Positions 36,273 through 46,699 of a stretch of DNA of 64,000 nt are shown piece by piece. The stretch is taken from the sequence record DRR723986_623. One strand, given 5' to 3'. The position numbers and the translations under genes are program-made. The notes under the pieces are model-generated. The model made no database searches and was not told the origin of the DNA. It saw nothing but the letters and a program-made list of their open reading frames with translations. How positions within the stretch are numbered: the stretch's first letter is position 1; every line of letters starts with the position of its first letter.

Positions 36273-36893
36273 ATGACCATCCGCTATCACAAGGGCGATT
36301 TGCCCGATCTGAAAGCCTATGAAACGGCAAGTGCGGTAGCGGTCGATTCCGAGACCCTGGGCCTCAACCCGCATCGTGACCGGCTCTGTGTTGTGCAGCT
36401 TTCACCGGGCGATGGCAGCGCCGATGTGGTCCAGATCGCACGCGGCCAGAGCGAAGCGCCAAACCTCGCTGCGCTGATGACCGATACGGCCAAACCGAAA
36501 ATATTCCACTTCGCCCGGTTTGATGTTGCGGTGCTTCAGCACTATCTGAACATCCAGGTCTCGCCGATCTGGTGTACGAAAATCGCCTCCAAACTGGTTC
36601 GGACCTATACGGATCGCCACGGACTGAAGGATATCACGCGCGAACTTCTCGGGGTTGAATTGTCCAAGCAGCAGCAGAGCTCGGATTGGGCTGCAGAAAC
36701 CTTGAGCGACGCCCAGCTGGCCTACGCGGCTTCGGACGTGCTTCATCTGCACGCCTTGAAGGAACGGCTGGAAATGATGCTGGAGCGTGAAGAACGTAGT
36801 CATATTGCCCGGGCCTGTTTCGATTTCCTGCCGACGCGGGCGGAACTCGATCTGAAGGGCTGGGAAGAAAACGATATTTTCGCCCACTCGTAA
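36273..36893 (+). CDS. RNase D-like DEDDy 3'-5' exonuclease
   Basis: AVDSETLGL, RDRLCVVQ, FHFARFD, YAASDV; RBS GAGGAG before MTIRYH. Confidence 0.92.
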   Translation: MTIRYHKGDLPDLKAYETASAVAVDSETLGLNPHRDRLCVVQLSPGDGSADVVQIARGQSEAPNLAALMTDTAKPKIFHFARFDVAVLQHYLNIQVSPIWCTKIASKLVRTYTDRHGLKDITRELLGVELSKQQQSSDWAAETLSDAQLAYAASDVLHLHALKERLEMMLEREERSHIARACFDFLPTRAELDLKGWEENDIFAHS

Positions 36894-36938
36894 TGGCTTA
36901 GGTGCCAGGAGATCGGGCACACGATTTCGGAGAATGGA

Positions 36939-37589
36939 TTGAGCGCTGTTGGCGATCATATGCACGGAAATGCGGCCAGGCGACCATTGACCCGCGCCCA
37001 ACGAGCCGCGCGCCGGCACAGCCTGATGGTGCGCATAATGCGCTGGCTGTTTCCTGGCGTCGGGCTGTTGATTCTGGCAGTCATGGTCGGGCTTGTGGTC
37101 TTGTTCAACGTGCTCAGCGGGCTTGGTGCCACCAACATGATGCTGACCAGCGAGGGGCTGGTGATGGATCATCCCGAACTGTCGGGTCATGATGGTGACC
37201 GCTCCTACCGGGTAACCGCCTACAGGGCGATCCAGCGCCTCAGTGACCCGCGCGTCATCGATCTTGAGACCATTCGGGCCGACATCACGCTCAGCAAGGA
37301 CCAGAGCGCGCAGATTGTGGCGCTGAAAGGTACCTACAACAACGCGACGGAGAGCTTGCGGCTCTATGAAGGCATTCAGCTTGAATGGAGTGAAGGCTAC
37401 ACGGTCGACCTGTCCGAAGTGGAAATCGACCTCAGCAACGGGGCTCTGAAGACCTCGCAGGTCGTGTCCATTCGTTCCGATCAGGGCCGTGTCGTGGCGG
37501 GCAAACTCGACTATGATAAAGCCAAGGGAATCGTCAGGTTTTCCGACGGTATCAAGATGACCCTCAATCCTGCTTCGCAAGGACAGTAA
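36939..37589 (+). CDS. lptC: LPS export protein LptC-like (start uncertain, alternative ATG 36960)
   Basis: Single TM helix then a beta-jellyroll-type region; position upstream of lptA-lptB. Confidence 0.8.
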   Translation: MSAVGDHMHGNAARRPLTRAQRAARRHSLMVRIMRWLFPGVGLLILAVMVGLVVLFNVLSGLGATNMMLTSEGLVMDHPELSGHDGDRSYRVTAYRAIQRLSDPRVIDLETIRADITLSKDQSAQIVALKGTYNNATESLRLYEGIQLEWSEGYTVDLSEVEIDLSNGALKTSQVVSIRSDQGRVVAGKLDYDKAKGIVRFSDGIKMTLNPASQGQ

Positions 37590-37592
37590 GAG

Positions 37593-38171
37593 ATGACTTT
37601 TCTGAAACGCATGACGATTGCCGCCGCCGCAGCCCTTCTTGCCGGTTCGGCCCATGCCCAGACCTTCTCCGATGCCTTCGCCGGCTTCGGGTCGAACGAT
37701 GGTGAGCCTATCGAGATCGAGGCGAGTGAACTGAGGGTCGAAGACAACAACAACACCGCAACCTTCGTTGGCGATGTGCTGGTCACGCAGGGCGAAACCA
37801 GCCTCAAGACGCAGCGGCTCAAGGTGTTCTACGTCGGCTCAGGTGCTGAGAAGACCGAAGAAAGCGCCGTCCAGCAGAAGATTTCGAAGCTGGAAGCGGC
37901 GGGAGGCGTGTTCATCACCTCCAAGGACCAGACCGCGAAGGGCGACGAAGCCAGCTTCGACATGAACAAGGAAGTCATGGTGATGACCGGCAAGGAAGTC
38001 GTGCTCAGCCAGGGACCGAATGTTGTCGTCGGGAACAGGCTGACCGTCAATCTGAAGACCGGCCAGGCCAATCTGAGCGCCGGCAATGGCAAGGTGTCCG
38101 GCCAGGGCAGCGGCCGCGTCAAGGTGCGCATTCAGCCCAACAGTGTGAACAACGACCAAAACGGCAACTGA
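37593..38171 (+). CDS. lptA: LPS transport periplasmic protein LptA
   Basis: Signal peptide, PIEIEA..L, ATFVGDV.VTQG, GRVKV.I.P. Confidence 0.88.
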   Translation: MTFLKRMTIAAAAALLAGSAHAQTFSDAFAGFGSNDGEPIEIEASELRVEDNNNTATFVGDVLVTQGETSLKTQRLKVFYVGSGAEKTEESAVQQKISKLEAAGGVFITSKDQTAKGDEASFDMNKEVMVMTGKEVVLSQGPNVVVGNRLTVNLKTGQANLSAGNGKVSGQGSGRVKVRIQPNSVNNDQNGN

Positions 38172-38238
38172 TATTGACGGCTGGTTCGACTCGACAGTGT
38201 CGGCCTCAGACCTTATGTGAAGCCGCGGCAATGATCGG

Positions 38239-39051
38239 ATGGACGGCGCGCCAGTGAAGAGAACGTCTTCGGAGTATAACGGATTGCAGGGAAGCATGCC
38301 GGAAACGGGCCACGATGGCGAAGAACTGTCGCAGGCGCTGGTCGTCGATGGCATCGGCAAGACCTATGGCCGCCGCCAGGTGGTGAAATATGTGAGCCTG
38401 TCCGTGAAGCCTGGCGAAGCCGTCGGCCTTTTGGGGCCGAACGGTGCCGGCAAGACCACGACCTTCTACATGATCACCGGGTTGATCCGGCCGGATCAGG
38501 GCAAGATCTCGCTGGAAGGCTTTGACATCACCCGTATGCCCATGTACCGGCGCGCCCGGCTCGGCATCGGCTATCTGCCCCAGGAAGCGTCCATCTTCCG
38601 TGGCCTGACGGTGGAAGAGAATATCCGCGCCGTTCTGGAAGTGATCGAGCCGAACCGGCAGAAACGCCGGGAGGAGCTCGACGAGCTGCTGGCTGAATTC
38701 GGCCTCACCCACTTGCGGAAATCGCCGAGTATCGCCCTTTCCGGTGGTGAACGCCGCCGCGTGGAAATTGCCCGCGCACTTGCAAGCCGCCCGTCCTTCA
38801 TGCTGCTCGATGAACCTTTCGCAGGTATCGACCCCATCGCGGTAGGGGATATTCAGCAGCTCGTGCGTCACCTGACCCAGCGTGGCATTGGCGTTCTGAT
38901 AACGGACCACAATGTTCGCGAGACGCTTGGCCTCATCGACCGCGCCTACATCATCGCTTCGGGCGAGGTTCTGACGGAAGGGCTCCCCCAGGAAATTGTA
39001 ACCAATCCGGATGTGCGCCGGCTTTATCTGGGTGAACAGTTTACGCTTTGA
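38239..39051 (+). CDS. lptB: LPS export ABC ATPase LptB (start uncertain, alternative 38296)
   Basis: [51 protein letters not shown]. Confidence 0.95.
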   Translation: MDGAPVKRTSSEYNGLQGSMPETGHDGEELSQALVVDGIGKTYGRRQVVKYVSLSVKPGEAVGLLGPNGAGKTTTFYMITGLIRPDQGKISLEGFDITRMPMYRRARLGIGYLPQEASIFRGLTVEENIRAVLEVIEPNRQKRREELDELLAEFGLTHLRKSPSIALSGGERRRVEIARALASRPSFMLLDEPFAGIDPIAVGDIQQLVRHLTQRGIGVLITDHNVRETLGLIDRAYIIASGEVLTEGLPQEIVTNPDVRRLYLGEQFTL

Positions 39052-39140
39052 TGACACGCCGCCAGCTACGTTATACACTCGGTCTGCAATCAAGAAGCAA
39101 AAAGCAGACCAACTTGAAATAACGCTTGCCTGGGAACTCA

Positions 39141-40694
39141 ATGGCCATTTCAACCAAGCTGGAGATGCGACAAAGTCAGTCGCTGATCATGACGCCGCAA
39201 CTGATGCAGGCGATCAAGCTTTTGCAAATGTCCAATCTCGATCTCGTTGCCTATGTCGAAGCCGAGTTGGAACGAAATCCGCTTCTGGAAAAGAACGACA
39301 TCGCCGAAGGCGGAGGCGAGGGGGATGGCGGCAGGGATGCCGCTGCAGACGCGTTCGGCGATGGCGCGGACAATCAGACCCGCCAGGGCGACGAGCCCGA
39401 TACCGGCGACTGGATGCAGAACGATCTGGAAACCGGGTCGGAGGCCATTGCCTCACGCATGGATACCGACCTGGGCAACGTCTTTCCTGACGAGCCCGGC
39501 GTGCCTGCATCGCCGGACCCGGCTCTTCTGAAGGCCGGTGACAGTTACAAGAACGCCGGCAGCAGTGGTGCTTCTGAAGATTACAATCTGGAGGCCTTCG
39601 TTGCCGACGAAGCCTCTCTGGTCACGTCTCTTGAAGAACAGATGCATCTGGCGATCGGCGATGAAGCCGACAAGCTGATCGCGACCCACCTGATCAACTC
39701 GCTTGATGAAAACGGCTACCTTTACCTGGATTTCGATGAGACGGCGGAGCAGCTCGGGGTCGAAACCGAACGGCTGGAAAGCGTTCTGGCCATCTTGCAA
39801 ACCTTTGAGCCCGCAGGCGTGTTTGCGCGTAACCTGGCCGAATGCCTGAAGTTGCAGCTTATTGACAAGAACCGCTACGATCCGGCCATGGAAGCGCTGA
39901 TCGACAATATTGAACTGCTGGCCAGACGTGATCTGCCGGGGCTTCGCAAGGTTTGCGGTGTCGATGATGAGGATCTGGTCGAGATGATTGCGGAAATCCG
40001 CGCACTCGATCCCAAGCCCGGCAGTCTCTTCGGATCGGCACTGGTGCAGCCGGTGGTGCCGGATGTCTTCGTGCGCCCGGCCAACGACGGCACCTGGGCG
40101 ATCGAGTTGAATTCGGACACCCTGCCGAAAGTGCTCGTCAATCAGACCTATTATGCCAAGGTCATTAAGACGGCCCGAAACGAGACGGAGAAGGAATATC
40201 TCACCGACTCGTTGCAGACGGCCAACTGGCTGGCCAAGAGCCTTGATCAGCGCGCCCGTACGATCCTCAAGGTATCGACAGAAATTGTCCGGCAGCAGGA
40301 CGGGTTTCTCACCTACGGCATCGCCCATTTGCGTCCGCTCAATCTGAAGACCGTCGCGGAAGCAATCGGCATGCACGAATCGACGGTCAGCCGGGTGACG
40401 TCGAACAAATTCATGGCGACCCCGCGCGGCATCTACGAGCTCAAGTACTTCTTCTCTTCCGCCATCTCCGCAACGGTGGGCGGCGATGCCCATTCGGCGG
40501 AGTCGGTCCGGCACCGGATCAAGCAGATGATCGATGCCGAAGATCCGAAGTCGATCCTGTCGGACGATACGATTGTCAAAATTCTGAAGGACGACGGCGT
40601 CGATATTGCCCGCAGGACGGTCGCCAAATACCGCGAAGCCATGAAGATCGGTTCGTCTGTTCAGCGCCGGCGTGAAAAAAACGTGCGACTTTAA
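39141..40694 (+). CDS. rpoN: RNA polymerase sigma-54
   Basis: QSLIMTPQLMQAIKLLQ, HESTVSR, RpoN box ARRTVAKYRE. Confidence 0.97.
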   Translation: MAISTKLEMRQSQSLIMTPQLMQAIKLLQMSNLDLVAYVEAELERNPLLEKNDIAEGGGEGDGGRDAAADAFGDGADNQTRQGDEPDTGDWMQNDLETGSEAIASRMDTDLGNVFPDEPGVPASPDPALLKAGDSYKNAGSSGASEDYNLEAFVADEASLVTSLEEQMHLAIGDEADKLIATHLINSLDENGYLYLDFDETAEQLGVETERLESVLAILQTFEPAGVFARNLAECLKLQLIDKNRYDPAMEALIDNIELLARRDLPGLRKVCGVDDEDLVEMIAEIRALDPKPGSLFGSALVQPVVPDVFVRPANDGTWAIELNSDTLPKVLVNQTYYAKVIKTARNETEKEYLTDSLQTANWLAKSLDQRARTILKVSTEIVRQQDGFLTYGIAHLRPLNLKTVAEAIGMHESTVSRVTSNKFMATPRGIYELKYFFSSAISATVGGDAHSAESVRHRIKQMIDAEDPKSILSDDTIVKILKDDGVDIARRTVAKYREAMKIGSSVQRRREKNVRL

Positions 40695-40985
40695 GTCCTG
40701 ATGTGATCTGCCGTTAGGGCTCGATGGTGCAATATTTAAAATGTTTCAGAGATTTCCACTGAAACAATACAAGGCAATTACACGGCTCTTTTTCAACTTT
40801 GTTTCTTTAATTCATAATCAATTGACTCTTTGAGCGAGCGCAATTATAGCACCGCCCTCGTGACGTAAACAGGGGATGGCGCTTCGGCGCTGACTGGTCC
40901 ATTCTGTAAGCTTGAAACGTCTCGCGTTTCAACACCGGCGGCAACGCCGGTGACCTATCGGTCAATAGAAAAAGAAGAGGTCCCC

Positions 40986-41573
40986 ATGGCTTTGCGGATT
41001 TCGGGTAAGAATGTCGATGTAGGCGATGCACTGCGCGTCCACGTCACAGACCGAATCGAAGACGCTCTGGAAAAATATTTCACAGGCGGCTTCACAGGCC
41101 ACGTTACGCTCAGCAGGGAGGGCACAGGCTTCAAGTCTGAATGCAGCCTGCATTTGGACACCGGTATTGTACTTCAAGTGTCCGCGCAGGATCAGGACCC
41201 GCGCGCCAGTTTCGATATGGCTGCGGAAAAGATCGAAAAGCGGCTTCGCCGCTACAAGCGCAAGCTGAAGGACCATCATGGCCCCAACGGCCACGACCGG
41301 GAGGCTCTGGAAGCAGCATCTTATGTGCTGGCTTCGCCCGAGGAAGACGAGGAAGTGCCGGTGGATTTCAATCCGCTGGTGATTGCCGAAACTTCCGCGA
41401 AAGTTAAAACGATGACCGTCGGTATGGCGGTAATGGAGCTGGATCTGACCGAAGCGCCGGTCGTGTTGTTCAAAAACGCGGCAAATGGCGGTGTCAATGT
41501 TGTCTATCGCAGGCCAGACGGCAATATTGGCTGGATAGATCCAGCATTGGTAGCCAATCAGGCTGCCGAATAA
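40986..41573 (+). CDS. hpf: Ribosome hibernation promoting factor (long HPF)
   Basis: ISGKNVDVGDAL, KRLRRYKRKLK, C-terminal VVYRRPDGNIGWIDP. Confidence 0.93.
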   Translation: MALRISGKNVDVGDALRVHVTDRIEDALEKYFTGGFTGHVTLSREGTGFKSECSLHLDTGIVLQVSAQDQDPRASFDMAAEKIEKRLRRYKRKLKDHHGPNGHDREALEAASYVLASPEEDEEVPVDFNPLVIAETSAKVKTMTVGMAVMELDLTEAPVVLFKNAANGGVNVVYRRPDGNIGWIDPALVANQAAE

Positions 41574-41633
41574 GGATGCGGATGGGGTCGGCTTCCTCAG
41601 GGAAGCCGGCTTCTGAAACTTGTAGGCGGACTA

Positions 41634-42101
41634 ATGGATCTTGGTGATCTTCTGGGTAAAGACGCGGTAATTGCCGGGCTCAAGGCCAAAAGCAAAAAAC
41701 AGGCAATTCAGGAACTCGCCGGTAAGGCGTCTGAACTGACCGGTCTTTCCGAACGGGAAATCTTCGACACGCTTCTTCAGCGCGAACGTTTGGGCTCTAC
41801 AGGTGTCGGCCACGGCATTGCGATCCCGCATGGCAAGCTGACACGGCTCGACCGTCTGGTAGGACTGTTCGCGAAGCTGGAAAAACCAGTCGATTTCGAT
41901 GCTCTCGATGATGAGCCGGTTGACCTGGTGTTTCTGCTTCTGGCACCGGAAGGCGCTGGTGCCGACCATTTGAAAGCTCTGGCCCGTATCGCACGCCAGC
42001 TCCGCGACGGCGCCGTCACCCAGGGCATTCGCGCGTCCCATGATGCGCAAGAGATCTACGATCTTCTGACCCAGCCGTTGGCTTCTTCCAACGCGGCTTA
42101 A
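41634..42101 (+). CDS. ptsN: PTS IIA-Ntr
   Basis: RERLGSTGVGHGIAIPHG, PVDLVFLLLAPE, HLKALARIAR. Confidence 0.95.
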   Translation: MDLGDLLGKDAVIAGLKAKSKKQAIQELAGKASELTGLSEREIFDTLLQRERLGSTGVGHGIAIPHGKLTRLDRLVGLFAKLEKPVDFDALDDEPVDLVFLLLAPEGAGADHLKALARIARQLRDGAVTQGIRASHDAQEIYDLLTQPLASSNAA

Positions 42102-42124
42102 TCCGTTTCAAAGTCTCTGACGCA

Positions 42125-42152
42125 AAAAGACCGGCTGCGAGGCCGGTCTTTT
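42125..42152. terminator. Bidirectional intrinsic terminator between ptsN and mdoH
   Basis: AAAAGACCGGC-tgcgag-GCCGGTCTTTT. Confidence 0.85.
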
Positions 42153-42260
42153 GGTTCGTATGCGCCACCTTACGCCAGCAAGGAGGCTATGGACGGTTCA
42201 CCTGGTGTCACCCAGCCCTCAATGGACTTGGCAGGTCCCAGTGCGCGAGCCTGATCCGTT

Positions 42261-44096
42261 TCAGGCCTTCGCCGGATTGGCATCGCCCTGAACGAGCCCT
42301 TGCTGCTGGACGGCAACCGCACCTTTGGTAAGCGCCGGCAGATGAAGGTCTGCGAGCTCTGCAGGGGGATTGGTCTCTTCGGGAATACGCCACAGGGTCG
42401 AACGGATCGCGATCTGGCCAAGTGTTCTGGTAGAGGTTGTCACCGCGATGACAGCTGCCAGAAGCGGCCCGATGGCCACGGGAATGACCGGCCACACCAG
42501 ATCGATAGGCTGGGTGGAAAGCCAGGCAAGACCTGCAAGTCCGAAGAGTGTCTGTGGCCAGAGTTTGCGGGCCGCCAGCAAGACCGGCAGTCGTTGGACA
42601 CCACGTGCCTGCGCACCCCAGCCGATGGTTTTGCCGAACAGGAGCCCGCCCATGAACAGCGAGTGCGCCACGGCCATGATCGGTGCCAGCATTGCCGAAT
42701 AGACGATTTCCGCAAGAACGCTCACGACGACACGTATCGGCCCGCCGAAGGCCTTGCGAAGGTCCGGACGGGCGAGCACGTCGGCGACGGTTGCCAGTTT
42801 CGGCGCGAACACCATCGTCAGGACGGTGAAGAAGAGCAGGGCACCAGTGTCAGGGCGATATGGCATGTAGTCGGTGACCATGCCGAGGATGGCCGCCGAT
42901 GTCATGAAGCCCAGCCACGCAGGAGAGCCAAGGAACATCAGGATAGCCAGCACAAGCTGCATCCGGCTAACGGGTTTGAGGCCAGGAAGCCCGATCAGCC
43001 GGCGGTATTGCAGGTTGCCCTGGCACCAGCGCAGGTCACGGCGGATAAACTCCAGCAGATGAGGCGGATTGGCTTCATAGCTGCCCGTTTCGAGCGGCAG
43101 TACGCGCACTTCGTAGCCGGCGCGGCGCATCAGGACGGCTTCCACCTGATCATGGGAAAGAATTGTTCCCGAGAGCGGGCCCTTCCCAGGCAGTTCCGGC
43201 AGACGGCAGCTTTCCTTGAACGGTTTGATCCGCAAGATGGCGTTGTGTCCCCAGTAGGGGCCGCAGTCACCCTGCCACCAGGCACTGCCGATGGTGTAGG
43301 AACGCATGCCAAGCCGCATGCCGAACTGGAAGACGCGGGCAAAGGCGCTATCTGTCGGAAGGCCAACCACAAGACTTTGCAGAATGCCGAGCCGGGGATT
43401 GGCTTCCATGCGCCGCACCAGTCCGACAATGGCGTCGGCCGACATGTAGCTGTCGGCATCCAGCACCAGTGCAAACTCGTGTCGATCGCCCCAACGTTCG
43501 CAGAAGTCTTCGATGTTGCCGGCCTTGAAACCGCGATTGTCCGTGCGCCGCCGATAGACCACCTCCATCTGGCCTTCGAAGCGATCTTTCAGCCGGGACG
43601 TCATCTGCTGCTCCTGAAGGGCAACGTCGTCCATATTGGTGTCGCTGAGCACATAAAGGGTGAACCGGTCTGCTTCGCCTGCGCGTATCAAGTGAGACAC
43701 GATGGCGTTCAGATTGGTTTCCAGGCTTTCAGTATCTTCGTTGCGGACACAGGACAGCAGCGCTGTCGAGCTTCGTAGCGGCTGTGTGGGGTCGCCGTGC
43801 TCGATCGGGCAGACTGCATCAGCAGGGTTTCTGGAAAGCCGCATGATGAGGAGGCCGATCACCGCATTCCAGAAACCTATGATGGTCCAGGGCAGGGTGA
43901 TCATGAAGCAGACAAGAATGAAAAGGTCGAGCGCCGTATATCCACCAGGAGAAAGCGTCAGCGTCATCAAGGTGGCAAGGCCGGCAAAACTGAGCCCGAT
44001 AAGGGCCGCGAACGTCAAACGCCGTGCGGTCATAGGAGCAATTGATCCATTGAATTTTGGCATGTCAAAGACCCGAAACATTTTTTTGACTTCCAA
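42261..44096 (-). CDS. mdoH: Glucan biosynthesis glucosyltransferase H (GT2), short form; start uncertain
   Basis: LSDT, YRRR..N.GFKAGNI.DFC..WG, LDADS, YWGHNAI.R, ILSHDQVEA.LMRRAG, RRDLRWCQGNLQ. Confidence 0.9.
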   Translation of the reverse strand: MEVKKMFRVFDMPKFNGSIAPMTARRLTFAALIGLSFAGLATLMTLTLSPGGYTALDLFILVCFMITLPWTIIGFWNAVIGLLIMRLSRNPADAVCPIEHGDPTQPLRSSTALLSCVRNEDTESLETNLNAIVSHLIRAGEADRFTLYVLSDTNMDDVALQEQQMTSRLKDRFEGQMEVVYRRRTDNRGFKAGNIEDFCERWGDRHEFALVLDADSYMSADAIVGLVRRMEANPRLGILQSLVVGLPTDSAFARVFQFGMRLGMRSYTIGSAWWQGDCGPYWGHNAILRIKPFKESCRLPELPGKGPLSGTILSHDQVEAVLMRRAGYEVRVLPLETGSYEANPPHLLEFIRRDLRWCQGNLQYRRLIGLPGLKPVSRMQLVLAILMFLGSPAWLGFMTSAAILGMVTDYMPYRPDTGALLFFTVLTMVFAPKLATVADVLARPDLRKAFGGPIRVVVSVLAEIVYSAMLAPIMAVAHSLFMGGLLFGKTIGWGAQARGVQRLPVLLAARKLWPQTLFGLAGLAWLSTQPIDLVWPVIPVAIGPLLAAVIAVTTSTRTLGQIAIRSTLWRIPEETNPPAELADLHLPALTKGAVAVQQQGLVQGDANPAKA

Positions 44097-44180
44097 TCGG
44101 AGCGATCATCGCAATAGTGCGCATGTCAAAATGTCCTAACGTTGACAAAGGCAAGGGTTGATGACCGCAGAGGATAAAGG

Positions 44181-45203
44181 ATGACCGCAGACGTACCGGT
44201 GACGCGCGACACAGGTAAACCGCAGGCGCTGTGGTACACCGAGCCCGGTCGATGCGGACTGGAGACTGTTTCCTTGAATGAGATGCAAACCGGCGAAGTG
44301 CTGGTCGAAACGCTCTTTAGCGGTATAAGCCGGGGAACGGAAGGCCTTGTCTTTCGCGGCGACGTTCCGTCGAGTGAATGGCAGCGCATGCGGGCGCCGT
44401 ATCAAGAGGGAGATTTCCCGTTTCCGGTTAAATACGGATACGCAAACGTCGGCAGGGTCATTGCAGGAGACCCGGATCTCAACGGCTGTCTTGTGTTTTC
44501 TCTCTTCCCTCATCAAAGCGTCTTTACGCTCCCCTCCATGTCGTGCGTGCCGGTTCCCCAGGGTGTTTCCGCCGAAAGAGCCGTCCTGGCGGCCAACATG
44601 GAAACGGCACTTAATGCGTTATGGGACGGAAAACCATCACCGGGGGATCACATCTGCGTGGTCGGCGGCGGTGTCGTCGGTCTCTTGACCGCATACGTTG
44701 CCGGACGGTTACCCGGATCAAAAGTAACTGTCGTGGATACAAACCCTGACCGAGCGGAAGTTGCCATCGGGCTGGGTCTGGAATTTGCTCTGCCGGAAGA
44801 TGCGCCGGCTAACCAGGATCTGGTGTTTCACACAAGCGCCACGTCGGCGGGACTGGCGACGGCGCTTGCCTGTGCCGGCGACGGCACGTCCATCTTCGAG
44901 CTGAGCTGGTACGGCGCGCATGCAGTCACGGCTCCGCTGGGAGCAGACTTTCACTGCCGCCGCCTGAAGCTTGTTTCCAGTCAGGTTGGAACGATCCCGA
45001 TCGATCGGCAGGCCCGCTGGACTTACCGCCGCAGGCTGGAAACGGCTCTTGGCCTCCTGGCCGATCCTGCCCTCGACCGTCTCATCACCCACAAGGTGGC
45101 GTTTGCCGAGCTTCCGGATCGTCTTCCCGATTTGTTGAACAAGGCGTCAGATGTGCTTGCCGCCCTCGTCGTATATGACGGAACCAACCAAGCCGTCGTT
45201 TGA
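44181..45203 (+). CDS. MDR-family dehydrogenase lacking the canonical catalytic Zn ligands
   Basis: SGISRGTE, GYANVG (in place of C/GHE), Rossmann GGGVVG, SSQVG. Confidence 0.85.
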   Translation: MTADVPVTRDTGKPQALWYTEPGRCGLETVSLNEMQTGEVLVETLFSGISRGTEGLVFRGDVPSSEWQRMRAPYQEGDFPFPVKYGYANVGRVIAGDPDLNGCLVFSLFPHQSVFTLPSMSCVPVPQGVSAERAVLAANMETALNALWDGKPSPGDHICVVGGGVVGLLTAYVAGRLPGSKVTVVDTNPDRAEVAIGLGLEFALPEDAPANQDLVFHTSATSAGLATALACAGDGTSIFELSWYGAHAVTAPLGADFHCRRLKLVSSQVGTIPIDRQARWTYRRRLETALGLLADPALDRLITHKVAFAELPDRLPDLLNKASDVLAALVVYDGTNQAVV

Positions 45204-45241
45204 AAAGCTCTCAATTTTCCTCATGATTTCAGGATGATAAG

Positions 45242-45640
45242 ATGTATGCAGTTGAAGTACGCGATCACGTCATGATTGCCCACTCCTTCAAGGGAGAACT
45301 GTTCGGTCCGGCCCAGGCATTGCACGGCGCCACGTTTGTTATCGATGCCGCGTTTCTGGCCGACAGCCTTGACGCCAATGGCGTGGTGATCGACATCGGC
45401 CGGGCGCATGAAGCGTTGAAGGAGGTCCTGCAGCCTCTGAATTACAAGAACCTCGACGAGGTGCCGGAGTTTGCGGGCATCAACACTACGACCGAGTTTC
45501 TGACAAAGCACATCCATGATCACCTGGCCAAGGCTGCCAGAGCGGACAAGCTCGGACGTCCGGGATCTGAACTGAAGGCGATCCGCGTGACGATTTCCGA
45601 ATCCCACGTCGCGCGCGCCTGGTACGAAGCCGGGATCTGA
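45242..45640 (+). CDS. PTPS/QueD-family (COG0720) protein, FGPAQ subtype
   Basis: MIAHS..GE.FGPAQ.LHGAT, NTTTE, ESH. Confidence 0.88.
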   Translation: MYAVEVRDHVMIAHSFKGELFGPAQALHGATFVIDAAFLADSLDANGVVIDIGRAHEALKEVLQPLNYKNLDEVPEFAGINTTTEFLTKHIHDHLAKAARADKLGRPGSELKAIRVTISESHVARAWYEAGI

Positions 45641-45646
45641 AAGCTC

Positions 45647-46699
45647 ATGCCCGCGCTTGTCTTTGCCTATCCGGGAGATTTCAACACACCGACCGGCGGT
45701 TACGGCTACGATCGCAGGATCGTCGCCGGTCTGCGCACGCTAGGCTGGGAAGTTGATCTGGTTTCGCTTGGGGACGGCTTTCCGTTTCCCACCGAAGAAA
45801 CGCTTCGGCAAGCCGAAGCCCGGCTGTCGTCGGTGCCGGAAGGGTCGCTTGTTGTCGTCGACGGTCTCGCACTTGGTGTAATGGCGGGAGCCATGGAAAG
45901 ACTGCAGGACCGGATCACTCTCATTGCGCTTGTGCACCACCCGCTCTGTGTCGAAAACGGTTTGTCGAAGGAACAGGCTGAAGCTCTTTTCCAGAGCGAA
46001 AACAAAGTGCTGGCTTTTGCCCGTCATATCATCGTGACCAGTCCCGCAACAGGCACCCAGGTTGAAGAGCTTTTCGGCATATCTTCGGACCGCATCACCG
46101 CCGTTCTGCCCGGCACGGAAAAGCCTGAGCCGTATGAACGCCCACAGAACGACGTCACGAGGCTGCTGTCGGTCGGCACCTTGCTGCCACGCAAGGGCTA
46201 CGATCTCTTGCTGACCGCTCTTGCAAGCCTCAAGGAGTTGCGCTGGCATCTGGATATCGTCGGCGGGCTTGAGGCGGATCCTGAATGTTACCAGGCGCTC
46301 TTAGGCCAGGCGCGTGAGCTGGAACTTCTCGACAGGATTACCTTTCACGGGGCTGTTCCGGCGCAAGACCTTGGCGACTTTTATCGCTCGGCAGAGGTAT
46401 TCGTGCTCGCAAGCCGGTATGAGGGCTACGGTATGGCTTATACCGAAGCGCTTGCCCACGGTTTGCCGGTAATCGGTAGCGGTGGCGGCGCGGTGAAGGA
46501 AACGCTTCCGGAGAAGGCTGCCATCTACTGCGGCGTAGAGGATGTCGATGCTTTGCGTGACGCGCTCGAAACACTCATCTCCGACCGCGAGAAACGTGCG
46601 GGATTGAGCACTGAAGCCAGAAAGGCCGCTGAACTATTGCCGGACTGGACGGATGCGGCACGGAAGTTTGCAGACCTGTTGCAGGATAATGGCCGATGA
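45647..46699 (+). CDS. GT4 glycosyltransferase
   Basis: TGGYGYDR, VHHP, RKG, EGYGMAYTEA. Confidence 0.9.
   Translation: MPALVFAYPGDFNTPTGGYGYDRRIVAGLRTLGWEVDLVSLGDGFPFPTEETLRQAEARLSSVPEGSLVVVDGLALGVMAGAMERLQDRITLIALVHHPLCVENGLSKEQAEALFQSENKVLAFARHIIVTSPATGTQVEELFGISSDRITAVLPGTEKPEPYERPQNDVTRLLSVGTLLPRKGYDLLLTALASLKELRWHLDIVGGLEADPECYQALLGQARELELLDRITFHGAVPAQDLGDFYRSAEVFVLASRYEGYGMAYTEALAHGLPVIGSGGGAVKETLPEKAAIYCGVEDVDALRDALETLISDREKRAGLSTEARKAAELLPDWTDAARKFADLLQDNGR

Noticed and set aside
45242-45640. queD / queuosine operon
   Set aside because: Lacks the catalytic Cys and HGH motif; no queC/queE nearby.
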